DNA of 23,198 nt, taken from Paraspadella gotoi. Taxonomy: Eukaryota > Animalia > Chaetognatha. Of the stretch, positions 9,875 through 20,582 are shown in pieces. The stretch covers positions 8,997-32,194 of the forward strand of contig JBJCIZ010000668.1 in assembly GCA_051294375.1 (NCBI GenBank). The letters are read 5' to 3'. How positions within the stretch are numbered: the first letter of the stretch is position 1; every line of letters starts with the position of its first letter. Position numbers and translations under genes: made by a program. The notes under the pieces were generated by a model. The model did no database searches, had not been told where the DNA came from, and saw only the letters and a program-made list of their open reading frames with translations.

Positions 9875-10948
9875 ATGAACAACGCCGAGCTTCGTTCAAG
9901 GCTCCGTTCCGCCACGCGCAACACGGAGGACGCCTCGACGTCTCTGCAGGTGCCCGGCGGTTTCGGACGTGGAATTCGCTCGCGATCGACGTCACCAGTC
10001 TTCGCTGACGCAGCGCCGTCATTCGACTTACCAAGCACCGACACGCGTAACTTCGCGGACGCCGAGATGGCATCAGGCGGCGCCCCGTCCCGAGAATGGC
10101 GCGACGAGAACAAGGAGCTTCGCGCTGCCCTTGCGACGGCGACACGCGCGCTCGAACGGGTCGCCAACCGGAAACCGGATCTGCCGGATTTTGATTCATC
10201 CAATATCGAGATTTGGATCAAGAGGATCGAGGCAGCCTACGCGCGCGCAGGAGTGACAACGCCCAAGTTAAAATTCTCTCATCTGGAATCAAAAATTGGA
10301 GTAAACGTCGACCCAAAGATCAACGAATTTCTCTATGGAGACGCCACGGAGGCGTCATGGCAATGATTCCTCGCTTACCTCCGCAAAGAATATGGCATTA
10401 CCCGACGCCAACAAGCAACAACGCTCATCGAAGGCATCGGCGCGGACGGTCTCAAGCCGTCGAAACATCTCGCCAAGTTGAAGGAGAAGTCGAGATCCGT
10501 CACGATCGACGACATCCACAAGGAATGGATCCTCCGCGAGCTCCCACCGGAAGTGCGACGCCAGCTCGAGGATAAGGCTGACGAAATATCGGCCGACGAC
10601 CTTTGCGATATTGCCGACCGCCATTTCAATAACGACGGAAGCCTCAAGGTGCGACAAACCTCTTCTCTCGTCCACAACGTCGACTAGGGCCGACGTGACG
10701 ATCTGGAGACGGAATCGGAATCGGAAGAAGGCATAAACGCGGTCGTAACCAACTTCAAAAAATCTTTCAAAGGGAAAAAGCGCCACAACCAAGCCCCCAA
10801 AGGCAAACCAAAGGCGAAGCTCGTCACCCTCTGCCAGAAGCACGCCAAGTTTGGTGATGACGCTTGGTCGTGCGAGGTCGGATGCTCCCGGTACGACGAG
10901 ACCCAACGACGACAAGAGGGAAATGCCAAAGGGGGACGGCGCCGGTGA
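9875..10948 (+). pseudogene. gag: Gypsy gag with two in-frame stops (10364-10366 TGA, 10685-10687 TAG)
   Basis: ORFs 9875..10366 and 10478..10687 share a frame that continues to TGA 10946-10948. Motifs include LPDFDSSNIEIWIKRIEA, DGLKPS and a C-terminal CQKHAKFGDDAWSCEVGC (CxxHxxFGxxAxxCxxxC) typical of this Gypsy gag type. Confidence 0.85.
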
Positions 10949-10981
10949 ACGCCGTTCCCCGAGATTCTACTCGATCACCGG
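10918..10981 (+). promoter_or_regulatory. -1 programmed ribosomal frameshift signal (slippery heptamer plus H-type pseudoknot)
   Basis: G GGA AAT (10918-10924) is in the gag frame and pol is in the -1 frame. After a 6-nt spacer, stem 1 pairs 10931-10941 with 10950-10960. Loop CCGGTGA (10942-10948) is the exact complement of TCACCGG (10975-10981). Confidence 0.85.
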
Positions 10982-13741
10982 CGTCCAGCGACCTCCTCTT
11001 CATTCATGACGCCAAAGATCGAACAAAGTGGCTGGTTGATGGAGGAGCACTCCTCTCAATCATTCCTCCGACGCCGCAACGACAACGAGGACCCGACCCG
11101 AAGATTAAACTTCAGGCGGCAAACGGATCGTCGATCGATTGTTTCGGGACAACCGAGCGGGTAGTACAACTTGGCAATAGAAAATTCCAGTACAAGTTCG
11201 TCGTCGCCGACGTAAAACAGCATATTCTCGGCGCGGACTTTTTAGCGAAGAATTTTCTCGCTCCAAACCATCGCGACGGACTGCTGCTAGATCTCCGCGA
11301 TTATTCGACAATCGCGGGGTCAACGGCGCAGGAGTCAGCAGCACACGTGAACTTTGTAGACCGTCAGGGGGAGAAATACTATAAGCTCTTAGAATCCTTC
11401 CCGGCTCTCTCAACTCCGACATTCGAATTAAAAGATCCCAAGCATGGAGTAACTCACTCTATCCCAAGCGAAGGACGGCCTTGCCAGTCAAGAGCGAGGC
11501 GATTAGATCCCGAGAAGTTGGCGGTCGCAAAAAGAGAGCTGGAAAAGATGGTATCGCTTGGAATCGCTCGAGGGAAATCGGAATGGTCATCGCCGCTCCA
11601 CGTCGTAGCAAAACCCGATTACCGCCGTTTGAATGCCCAGACAATCGACGATAAGTACCCGGTAAAGTTACTTACGGATTTCAACGCCCAACTGGAGGGA
11701 AAAACAATTTTTTCCAAGATTGATTTGCTAAAGGGATACCACCAGATCCCGGTAAACCCCGACGATGTCAAGAAGACAGCCGTAATCACTCCATTCGGCC
11801 TTTACGTTTTCCCTCGCTGCCCGTTTGGCTTGAAAAACGCAGGGCAGGATTTCCAAAGGCTCATGGACGAAATCCTTGGGGATATACCCCACACATTCGT
11901 GTACCTAGACGACATCCTTGTTGCTTCAACCACGCCAGAGGAACACTACCAAGACCTCGAACGCGTTTTCAAGGCGTTGGATGCGAACGGCCTGGTGGTA
12001 AACACGAAAAAGTGCCTACTAGGGCAAGAATCATTAGAATTCTTGGGTTTCCTCGTGGACAAACAAGGCGTACGCCCTCTCCCGGAGCGGATCCAAACAC
12101 TGCAAGCGACAACGCGCCCAACGACGATTAAGGAACTTCAGAGATTCTTAGGCATGATAAATTATTATCGTCGCTTCATCTCTCAAGTCGCCCACCGATG
12201 CGCGCCGCTTTATGAAGCGTTAAGTGGCAAGCCAAAAACGTTGGAGTGGACGGACGAATGTGAACAAGCATTCGAAGCCATCAAGGAAGGCCTCATACAG
12301 GCAGCCTTGCTTCATCACCCACGAACAGGTGCACAGCTTTGTATCACAATGGACGCATCTGACCACGCAGTGGGGGCTGTCCTGGAACAGAGGGCCAACG
12401 GGGTGGGAGCCGTTGGCTTTCTTTTCGGCCAAACTGGCAAAGAACCAAAAGTTATGGCCGCCTTTTGATAAGAAACTGTTTGGCGCGTTTAGAGCAGTGC
12501 GACATTTCAGACACTGGATCGAAGGAAGATCATTTACTCTATACACCGATCACCAGAGCCTAGTCACAGCGATAAGGAAAAAAGCGGAACCATAAACAGT
12601 TCGACAATCTTATCAGCTCTCGGTAATCGCCGAGTTTACAACGGACGTAAGATACTTGAAAGGAAAGGCCAACGTAGTCGCAGATGCGCTATCCCGCCCA
12701 AACGCCCCGTCGACAGAGCCGACCAAAGCAGCAAAACCAACGACCCTCAATTCGAAGCAAGCGGCGCCAGCTCCGAAAAATTCGACACCGTCAACGGACG
12801 ACTCAACAACGACAGCATCACCGACAGAAAACCCGCAAGAGTCAATAATCGACCGACCGATCAAAACCGATCGCCTGGAGGATGCAAACGCCATGATATC
12901 GTCGCTAACGAGCTTCGCGATCGACTTCGAGCAAATGGCTCGAGAACAGGTCCTAGATCCCGATTATAGAAGAATTATCGAAGAAGCACGTTCAGGTCTC
13001 ACCTTTAGGAAAATTAGAATCGGCGAGCAAGACCTTTTAGCCGATATCTCTAACGGCCCAGCGAGGCCTTTTGTCCCAGCGTCTTGGCGACGGAAAATAT
13101 TCGACATTATTCATGGCCTCAGCCACCCAGGCGTCGATGCAACACGCAAGGCCGTGGCCACCAAGTTTGTCTGGACAAACATGCGTCAAGATGTGACACG
13201 TTGGGCACGAGTGTTTGGATTGCCAACGGGCCAAAGTGACGAGAAACGTCGTCCCCGAAATAGGGGAATTCAAGGTGCCCCCGAGAAGGTTCCAGCATTT
13301 GAACCTAGACCTCGTCAAAATGCCAAGGTCGAACGAATATTCTTACCTTCTAACGATTGTCGATCGTTTTTCGAGATGGCCGGCGGCCATCCCGATAAAG
13401 GACACATTGACAGTAACAATCCTAGATGCATTAAGTCACAACTGGATAAGTACGTTCGGGACCCCATCGATCATTACAACAGATCAAGGCACCCAGTTCA
13501 GGTCGGCGTTGTGGCAACAACTGACAAAACAGTGGGGAATACGCCATCAAATGACCACAACCTATCACCCACAGTCAAATGGTCTCGTTGAGCGATTCCA
13601 TAGGCGACTAAAGGAATCGCTACTGGCTCTTGCCAACGAAGAAAGGGAGAATTGGTATTGGAAGCTCCCGCTGACGCTCTTGGCGATAAGGACGACAGTA
13701 AAGGAGGATCTCGGAGCCTCTGCGGCCGATTTAGTATTCGG
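10921..13741 (+). pseudogene. pol: Gypsy pol, 5' part: protease, RT, RNase H, integrase zinc finger and DDE core
   Basis: PR: WLVDGGA...ILGADFL. RT: FSKIDLLKGYHQIP, PFGLKNA, VYLDDIL. RNase H: MDASDHAVGAVL, YTDHQSL, NVVADALSR. IN: HGLSHPG...C, TTDQGTQF, GLVERFHR. Lesions: frameshifts near 12395 and 13210, a TAA at 12593-12595, and a short in-frame RT deletion at KPD/YRRLN (~11620). Confidence 0.95.
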
Positions 13742-15072
13742 TAGAGTTCCGATAACCGTTAATTTTTTAGGAAATTCGCTTAACCGTTAAAACTAACATT
13801 TTTAACGGTTAACCGTTAAGATCGGTTAATTTTATAATTTAACTTTAAATTTAAAATATTAAGATTTAAAACAAACTAAAGTATTTAATGGTATTTTCTC
13901 TTTAACTCTGGCTCTTGAATGTGCTGATAAAGACTTGAAACAGAGTCGAAACATGTCTATTTTTTATGTCAAATAAAATTGTTGTTGTAACAAAACCAAT
14001 ATTTTTCCTAATCTCATAACACAACGAAACGAAAGGATACCATCAAATTCTAATTCTATGAAATTGGTACAACTAATATAAAAATTATCCATTCATTTAA
14101 TAAATAAGCGATCTTGCCCCTGACTTTGGACAGGCTTTGGTGGTTTAAGGCCTCCATCACTATATATTTTGTTTCCTTTTTCTCTCTTTTGCTTTCTCTT
14201 TTTCTTTCTCTACTTCTTCTCTTCCTCATTATTTTTGTAGTTGTTAGTTTCTTAAACGCTTGTTTTCTGTTGTAAGTCTTTCATAAACTGTAACCAATGG
14301 TCATTGACCATAAATATAAATATGAATTTTAATTTATTGATAGACTGGTTGATTTATCGATTGATCAAAATATTTATTGATTAATAAATATATTTTTCAG
14401 TTTAATTAAAAAGTATATCATCATTATTCTTTTTTATATGTCTTTTTTAAGATTCGTTCCTTCTATTATTAATTTTTAAATTTTTTATAATAATTTTTTT
14501 ATTTGGTTTTTTATTCATTTTTTTCATTCATTCGGTTTTATTTCATTTGCTTCTTTGTTAATTTTAAAGAGGGAAAGAAAAAGAGAGAAAAAGTAAAATA
14601 AGAGGGATTATTTATTTTTAGCTAAATTGAATATATATTATTGCATGAAAGGGCAAAAAAAATGAAAAAAGTAAAAGCAAAGGGCGAAAAAGGAGAAAAA
14701 AGAAAGGGGGAAAGAAAAAGGGGAAAAGTGAGAAAGAAAAAGAAAGGAACAGGAGGAGATAAATAAAGGGGAAGAAAGAATAAGAGAGAGATGAGGATAG
14801 AAAAAAAAGGAGAAAATAACAAAGGAAAAAAGCAGGGAAAAATTGGAGAAGAGAGAGAGGGGTAAAAATATGGTGAGAAGGGGAGAGGAGAATAAGAGAG
14901 AACAGAAAAAAAATAGTTGTTTTTAAATTTAAAGATTTCATACCAAAAAATGAAAAAAATCACATTTGAAAATTAACCGAATTTAACCGTTAAAATGAAT
15001 ATATTAACGGTTAAGTTAAAATTATTTTTAACCGTTAATAACCGTTAACAGTTAACGGTTATCGGAACACTA
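13742..15072. mobile_element. Non-autonomous hAT-type DNA transposon nested in the integrase
   Basis: Perfect 8-bp TSD GTATTCGG (13734-13741, 15073-15080). 21-bp TIR TAG(A/T)GTTCCGATAACCGTTAA with one mismatch. Several subterminal TAACCGTTA/TAACGGTTA motifs at both ends. Interior is low-complexity and non-coding. Confidence 0.92.
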
Positions 15073-15080
15073 GTATTCGG

Positions 15081-16065
15081 CGAGGGAATTACCATCCCCG
15101 GCTGCATCGTCGATAACGCGCAAAACGACAACGCCACCCTACAGCAGCAGCGGAAAAATCAACTGGCAAAACTCCGCGTTGAAGTAGCGCGACTACAGCC
15201 GACGCCGACATCTGCGCATCATCGACCGCCGATCCACATCCCCGACAACCTCGATACGGCCCACTACGTATTCTTCAAGCGCGGCGGCATCCACCCTTCA
15301 CTCGTCCCTCCCTACGAAGGACCATACCGAGTGGTAGACCGAAATGGCTTAAACATAACCATCGAAATTCCTAGCGTCGGACGCGAAACGGTCAACGTAG
15401 CTCGCGTCAAACCAGCCATAATGAGTGACGAGGCACTGGAGGTCGACCGAGGACATCCTACACGGCGTCCGACTGGACGTCAACCCAGCACGAGGACGAG
15501 AACGGCGGCAAGTTCAGATCAAACGACGCGAGCGAGAAGCCGACGCGAGGAACCCGTTGATCCTCCTCCTCCTCGCCCTCCTCCTCCACCTCCTCCCCCT
15601 TCTCGACCTGGCGTGAGGACGAGGGCGATGGCACGAGCAGATCGAGCAACGCGATTACGAGGACAACCTGAGGAATCCGGCGCTCCTCCTTTTCCTCCTC
15701 CTCCTCCTCCCCCACCTTCCCCCTTCCCCCCCAACAACCCCCAACCTCTCCCAAACCCATCCTCTCCCGCTCTGTGTTTTTTCCTCCCTCCTTCTCTTTC
15801 TCCGCAGCTTCCACGCAAGACGATTTCAACACAGAAAAGTCAAGACGAGGATAACAACAACAACAACGAAGAGAAAGCAGATGAGCCAACGTGGGAGAGA
15901 GTTTTCAGGCCCACAGAAAACAATCCCTCCAAGATGAAGAAAACAACATACGCCTCCGTATTAAAAGAAATGTTACGACGAAACGAAGATGAAAACAACA
16001 ACAACAAGGTGAAAACAAAACCCTACTGTCGAGCTGACCGACAATCAATCGCCAAATCTTCTTAA
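15081..16065 (+). pseudogene. pol: Gypsy pol, 3' part: integrase C-terminus (GPY/F motif) and proline-rich tail
   Basis: Removing 13742-15072 and one TSD copy rejoins DLVFG to EGITIPG...VFFKRGGIHPSLVPPYEGPYRVVDR, which is in frame with ORF 15331..16065. Confidence 0.9.
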
Positions 16066-16301
16066 GACCGTAGTTCTACATATTGTACATATTCGCCGTT
16101 ACTGATTTTGCTTCAATTTTTATATTTGAAAGTTTTCGGACTTTGTTTTTTTTTTTCCCCTTTCCCCCTTTTATGTTAGTTTTTCAACATTTTTGAAACC
16201 CAAACAAACTTTGTATATAATTCGTTATATATTGTTTTAACATATACACTCGAAAGACGACAAACATTTGTGTGATATTAATTTCTACATTATATCCCAA
16301 C

Positions 16302-16310
16302 AGGGGGGCG
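16302..16310 (+). promoter_or_regulatory. Polypurine tract
   Basis: AGGGGGGCG immediately before the TG of the 3' LTR. Confidence 0.85.
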
Positions 16311-16798
16311 TGCGGCTATTTCGAGTAGAATTGTTTAAGTATCAAAATAATCTGTCCGCGCCCGGGATCGAACCCGGTCCTAATCATGTTGGACTTATTG
16401 ATTCCCAACAGTTAGCCAATCGGACAGTCTTGAAATCTAAACGTCTGAGTTTTGATTTAAAGCTTTAAAGTTGATTCGAAGCCTTTTGTTTGTCTCTAAA
16501 TTAAGTAGCCTCCATTAGATGTCATTTATATAATTTTGCCGCCAAACAAATTGATTGTTTACCTTATTGATATCCTGACATGATCAATCAGAGTTGTCCA
16601 AAAGAAGAAATAAAAATGTTTGCCAAAAACTCTACAAATTATGTTTTTATTCAATCTCCAAATGTAAAGAATACATTATAAAGTGGAGGCCTCTGATTAC
16701 AAACAATTTTATTCTACATGAACTTTAAACAAGCACTTCGAAGTCACGTGACTCATTTTTCCCTGCGCCGACCCGGCTTAGCAATTTCTCCAACCACA
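16311..16798 (+). repeat. 3' LTR (488 bp)
   Basis: Direct repeat of 9198-9684 with TG...CA termini, preceded by the PPT. Confidence 0.96.
16353..16425 (-). ncRNA. tRNA-like putative Pol III RNA unit in the 3' LTR (antisense)
   Basis: Second copy with identical A box, B box, terminal stem and TTTT. It differs only in the central hairpin. Confidence 0.65.
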
Positions 16799-19189
16799 CT
16801 ATGTGAAATTTTTGCGCAAAAAAAAAGGGTCTCAGACAGAGTGGAGACTAATTTCAAGATAAGTTGTTAGTGGTTTCAGAGAAGGGGGCAAGTCATTAAG
16901 TCATTAAGACACAGCCATAACGAGAACTTAGAAGACGCTTTGAAGGGTTTGATTTGGAGTTTAATTAGGTAAGATTTTGGGTTTTTGTTTTGAGTTTTCA
17001 AGTTTTCGTATTTTGAAGCATCAGAAGGGGAGGGAAGGCAATCCTCTGGTTTTAGTACTTGGAGTAATCTTTGTGATTCATGCTCACTAGGCCGGATCGA
17101 TATCATAGTTTGGCCTTGCCTGTCTGTGATTCCTGTACTTTTCATGTACTTAAATAAGTATATGAAGTTAATTTTTTTAAATGTAAAGCGAATTATTGAA
17201 TATTTACGTTTAAAATTTTACCGCACTATAATATGCAAATGAGATTAAAGAACAAATGATTTTTCAATATATATCAAAATATTAGCAAATAAATGAAAAT
17301 ATGCGCCGTTTTATCTTACAGTAATATTTATTTGTACATAAAGTTAGTAACTCTTAAATAATATAGTAGTTTTTGAAAGAATATATATAAACAAATATTC
17401 TAATTATAATAATTAATGTGATTAGTAATGAAAAGGATTAATAGTATTTCCTTCACGTCATTCAGGAAAAATAAATGTTTTTATTCTTGCACTGCCTTTC
17501 CACAGTGAAATTACAATTAATACGTTAAGTATTATTAAAATTTTAGTACAGAACAAGAATTTTTTTTAAAATCACTACTCACTGATGCATTTACATTAAG
17601 AGTTAGATCAATAAAAAGTATTGACTCTTTTATGGATAATGTTTATGGAGTTCAGAACAAGCAGGAGATGGCAAAGTTACTCCTGAATTTTGGGGAAGGA
17701 AAAAAAATCTGGATTCTTAAAATATTAAATGGTAAATCCGTAACTGAACTTTGTTCCCATTTCTGGGAAGGTTTTTGTCATTTTGTCATTTTGCTATGCG
17801 ACAAAAAGGAAAGCCGTATAAACTCCAGCATATTCAGCTTTTCTTTAGGTTAAAAACCCCTTCTGAATCTATCAATCTATGAATGCTTTTTGTCCTACAG
17901 ACCGTTTGAAGGAAACTACCAAACAGATATTTATTAGCGTGCAGTTTAACAGTTTAACGTGAGTTTCCAAGAGAAAACGTCGCAAATAAAAAAATAAGAC
18001 TTTTAAAAAGAGAGAGGAGAGAGTTTCCAACAAAGAATTGAGAAAAAATAGTCGACCGGGTGAAATAATGCAAACGAAAAAATAATCAGCGGCAAAGGCA
18101 ATCTTCGGAATCGCGATCAGAGGTGAAACATGTCGGACAAATTAAATATAAGTCAATTGGAGCTTTAGGCTCATTATATTTACGATCGTGGCAGCGCGTG
18201 GTCGTGACCGTAGAGGGAAAAAAAGGGCTCGACGTCCGACGGCCGTGGATTTGATATCAGCATCTTATTTTGCCACGTTTTGAGAGAGAGAGAGAACGCG
18301 ATGACGATTATGAAGACGATGAAGTAACGTGAAACCGGGAATATCCCAATTATTTTTTTATGGTTTTAAGACTTTGTTTATATATTAATGGACTTTTTTA
18401 TGATTTGTGGACTTAATTATCGGCCAAATTATGAACTGTTTTTAATCATTTTGTAATACAAAACAGTTGAAATCACGATCGTTGCCATCTCAAAAGTCAC
18501 CCAGAAAGTCAAGCAGCTCAAACACTAATGGAACTCTTTATGAAGCGACATGTGATATAGCCCATCGCAGGCGCCGCAACGGCCCTCTGAACAGCAATCC
18601 TCCTTTACGTTGCCCTCCCGTAAACAATGGAAAATTGAGGCGGGAGACAACTGCCTGCGAATATATGACCATAAAATTAATTGACCTAAAAGTGGTCAAA
18701 TGACGAAAAAGAGTTAAGCGAGGCAAGATATTCTTAACATACATCCCAAAGCACCCATTTTACAAAAAAATCTTCAACTAAAAATCGTGAAACAATTATC
18801 AATCTCAAAAAAGACACACACGGCTGTAGGCAGACATAAGGAGAATTTACAATTTTTAAATGAGAGAAAGTGAAGAATATCTCGCCTCGTCTTCTCCTTA
18901 TATCACTTGTGACCCATAAGTACAAATTTTCTTTTTTTTAAATCAATATTTTCTGAGGTTGAATCAAGAAACGGTTCTGTTTTCATTTGTTTTTATGACT
19001 GAATCACGATCGTCCGTCTGAAACTTGTTACTTTTTTCTCTCATTAACATACGTTTTGAAACTCTTATCAACTCATTTTTGAACGTAAGTTTCCAGCTTG
19101 CAAAAAGATAGAATTTTTCGTTAGAGAGAGGGAGATAGAGAGAGAGAGAGAAAGAAATAGAGAAAGAGGAGAGAAAGAAGAGTGAGAGA

Positions 19190-19490
19190 TAAGTCCGGTT
19201 ATACTGATGCGGTCAGGGCTTTATTTATGACCTCTTCTCACTTATTCTCTCTTTGAGAAACAACTTTTTATAAGTAAAAATAAAACCAAAACTAAAATTC
19301 GATGGTCACGTGACCAATATTCCACCAATCACAGATCGCAATTGAAGATTCTTTTAAAAATTGTAAAATCTGCAGTGGTTCCTGAATATTTTTTGGGAAT
19401 TTATTATGTGAAATCAAATAAAACTACATTAGGTAAAGGAATCACCGACAGGCAACATATTTGAAAAATTATATGTGCATATGATCCGCC
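19190..19490 (-). repeat. Possible 3' LTR of the BEL/Pao remnant
   Basis: On the minus strand a short purine tract (AGGGCGGA, ~19485-19492) is followed by a CCAAT box and CACGTG palindrome, TATAAAA (~19266-19272) and AATAAA (~19220-19225) in U3-R order. Ends are not defined. Confidence 0.3.
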
Positions 19491-19860
19491 CTAATGCTCA
19501 CCTATTTCTCTCATTCCACCATCGAGTCCTAACTTGTTATTATTTCAACAAGAAGGTTTCTATGAATTTTGTAGATCCCACTTAAGGGTATCAATTGATA
19601 TTTTCCATTAAATATCTTTGGGTAAGGCTTTAAATTTCTTCCCAGATTTTCACAACAAATGTAAGTTCATCCTTTGAACGTGGTTTCTGACATGAAAGGG
19701 TCCTGATAACCCTTCCTCACTCATCCTTGGTAATGAATGGAATTAAATGAAATGAATCCTAGTCAAATTTTCTAAGCACTGCCCTGTTCTTTGAATTCCC
19801 TTGCCGACAGATTTGTGTATTTTGTTTGCAAAATTTTATTTCTAAACAAGTGGTCACGGA

Positions 19861-20440
19861 TCATATGAGAGTTAAAGTTGATGTTATTTCAGCTGGTATT
19901 GAAGATGTTATTGGGGTTGGAGACGCTGTTGGAATTGATGTTGCTGTTGGCGTTGAAGTTATTCCTGCTGTTGGTGCTGCAGGAAACCTCGCTGGAAGAG
20001 TTGACCTTGTCACGGGAACTAATATGAGTGGTGACTCAGGTCTACGTTCTGTGAATTTTTTTACCGATGAATCATGAAGTGACGAATGGTGAAACCCATT
20101 GCAGACAGCACAATGACGATTAAACCGACAATTAATGGAGACATGACCGGGCGTAAGACATCTAAAACAGAGTCGATGATTACTGATTAGTAGCAAATAA
20201 TTTTTTGTCATTGAAATGAAGAGTTCTGTATTGGAAGCAGTGGGTTATTGAGTGGTCATTTTTACAAAAGAGACAGGTCATAGATTTTGAAGATTGAGGA
20301 GAGAGGAAAAATTTTGGTGTTTTTAATTGGGTTGGGGTCTTCATTATGAGCGCATATCTCCTTCGCGCGGATTTCCGATTGTGACTAACGGTCGCCAAAA
20401 ACTTTCCTTCATGGCCTGTGGCTGTAGTAGAGGGGGACAA
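19861..20440 (-). pseudogene. gag: BEL/Pao retrotransposon gag C-terminal zinc-knuckle region, frameshifted
   Basis: CLFCKNDHSITHC, then across a frameshift CFRCLTPGHVSINC and CAVCNGFHHSSLH: the triple Cys-His array ending HHxxLH that is characteristic of BEL/Pao gag. Confidence 0.82.
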
Positions 20441-20582
20441 GACAGGAGAGGTAGAATTTTCTTTCCTATCATTTTAATCATTTTGAGGCAAGGTCACGGC
20501 GAGTGGGGAGTCAAGGTGAGATAATTCTGCTTGCTTTTCTTTTGTTGCTTTCAGCTCGATTTTAAGGTCACTCAGTTCCTTT

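Larger units (their letters stand above)
9198..16798 (+). mobile_element. Ty3/Gypsy LTR retrotransposon, full length, inactivated (stops, frameshifts, nested insertion)
   Basis: Two direct repeats starting TG and ending CA (9198-9684, 16311-16798). PBS lies directly after the 5' LTR and a purine tract directly before the 3' LTR. Domain order is gag, PR, RT, RNase H, IN (Gypsy order). TSD is imperfect: left flank CATA, right flank CTA(T), consistent with CATA minus one base. Confidence 0.97.

Noticed and set aside
10364-10687. Programmed stop-codon readthrough or an alternative genetic code in gag
   Set aside because: All three stop types interrupt gag/pol alongside frameshifts and deletions, so decay or sequencing error is simpler.
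9780-10915. Antisense ORFs over gag (9780..10199, 9826..10221, 10355..10915)
   Set aside because: They are shadow ORFs of GC-rich coding sequence with no recognisable motifs.
14618-14963. Hydrophobic Phe/Leu/Ser ORFs as membrane or env proteins (also 265..552, 2751..3077)
   Set aside because: They are translations of purine/pyrimidine low-complexity tracts.
16800-19120. Short ORFs and weak repeats downstream of the Gypsy element
   Set aside because: No motif, TIR or TSD could be supported by eye.
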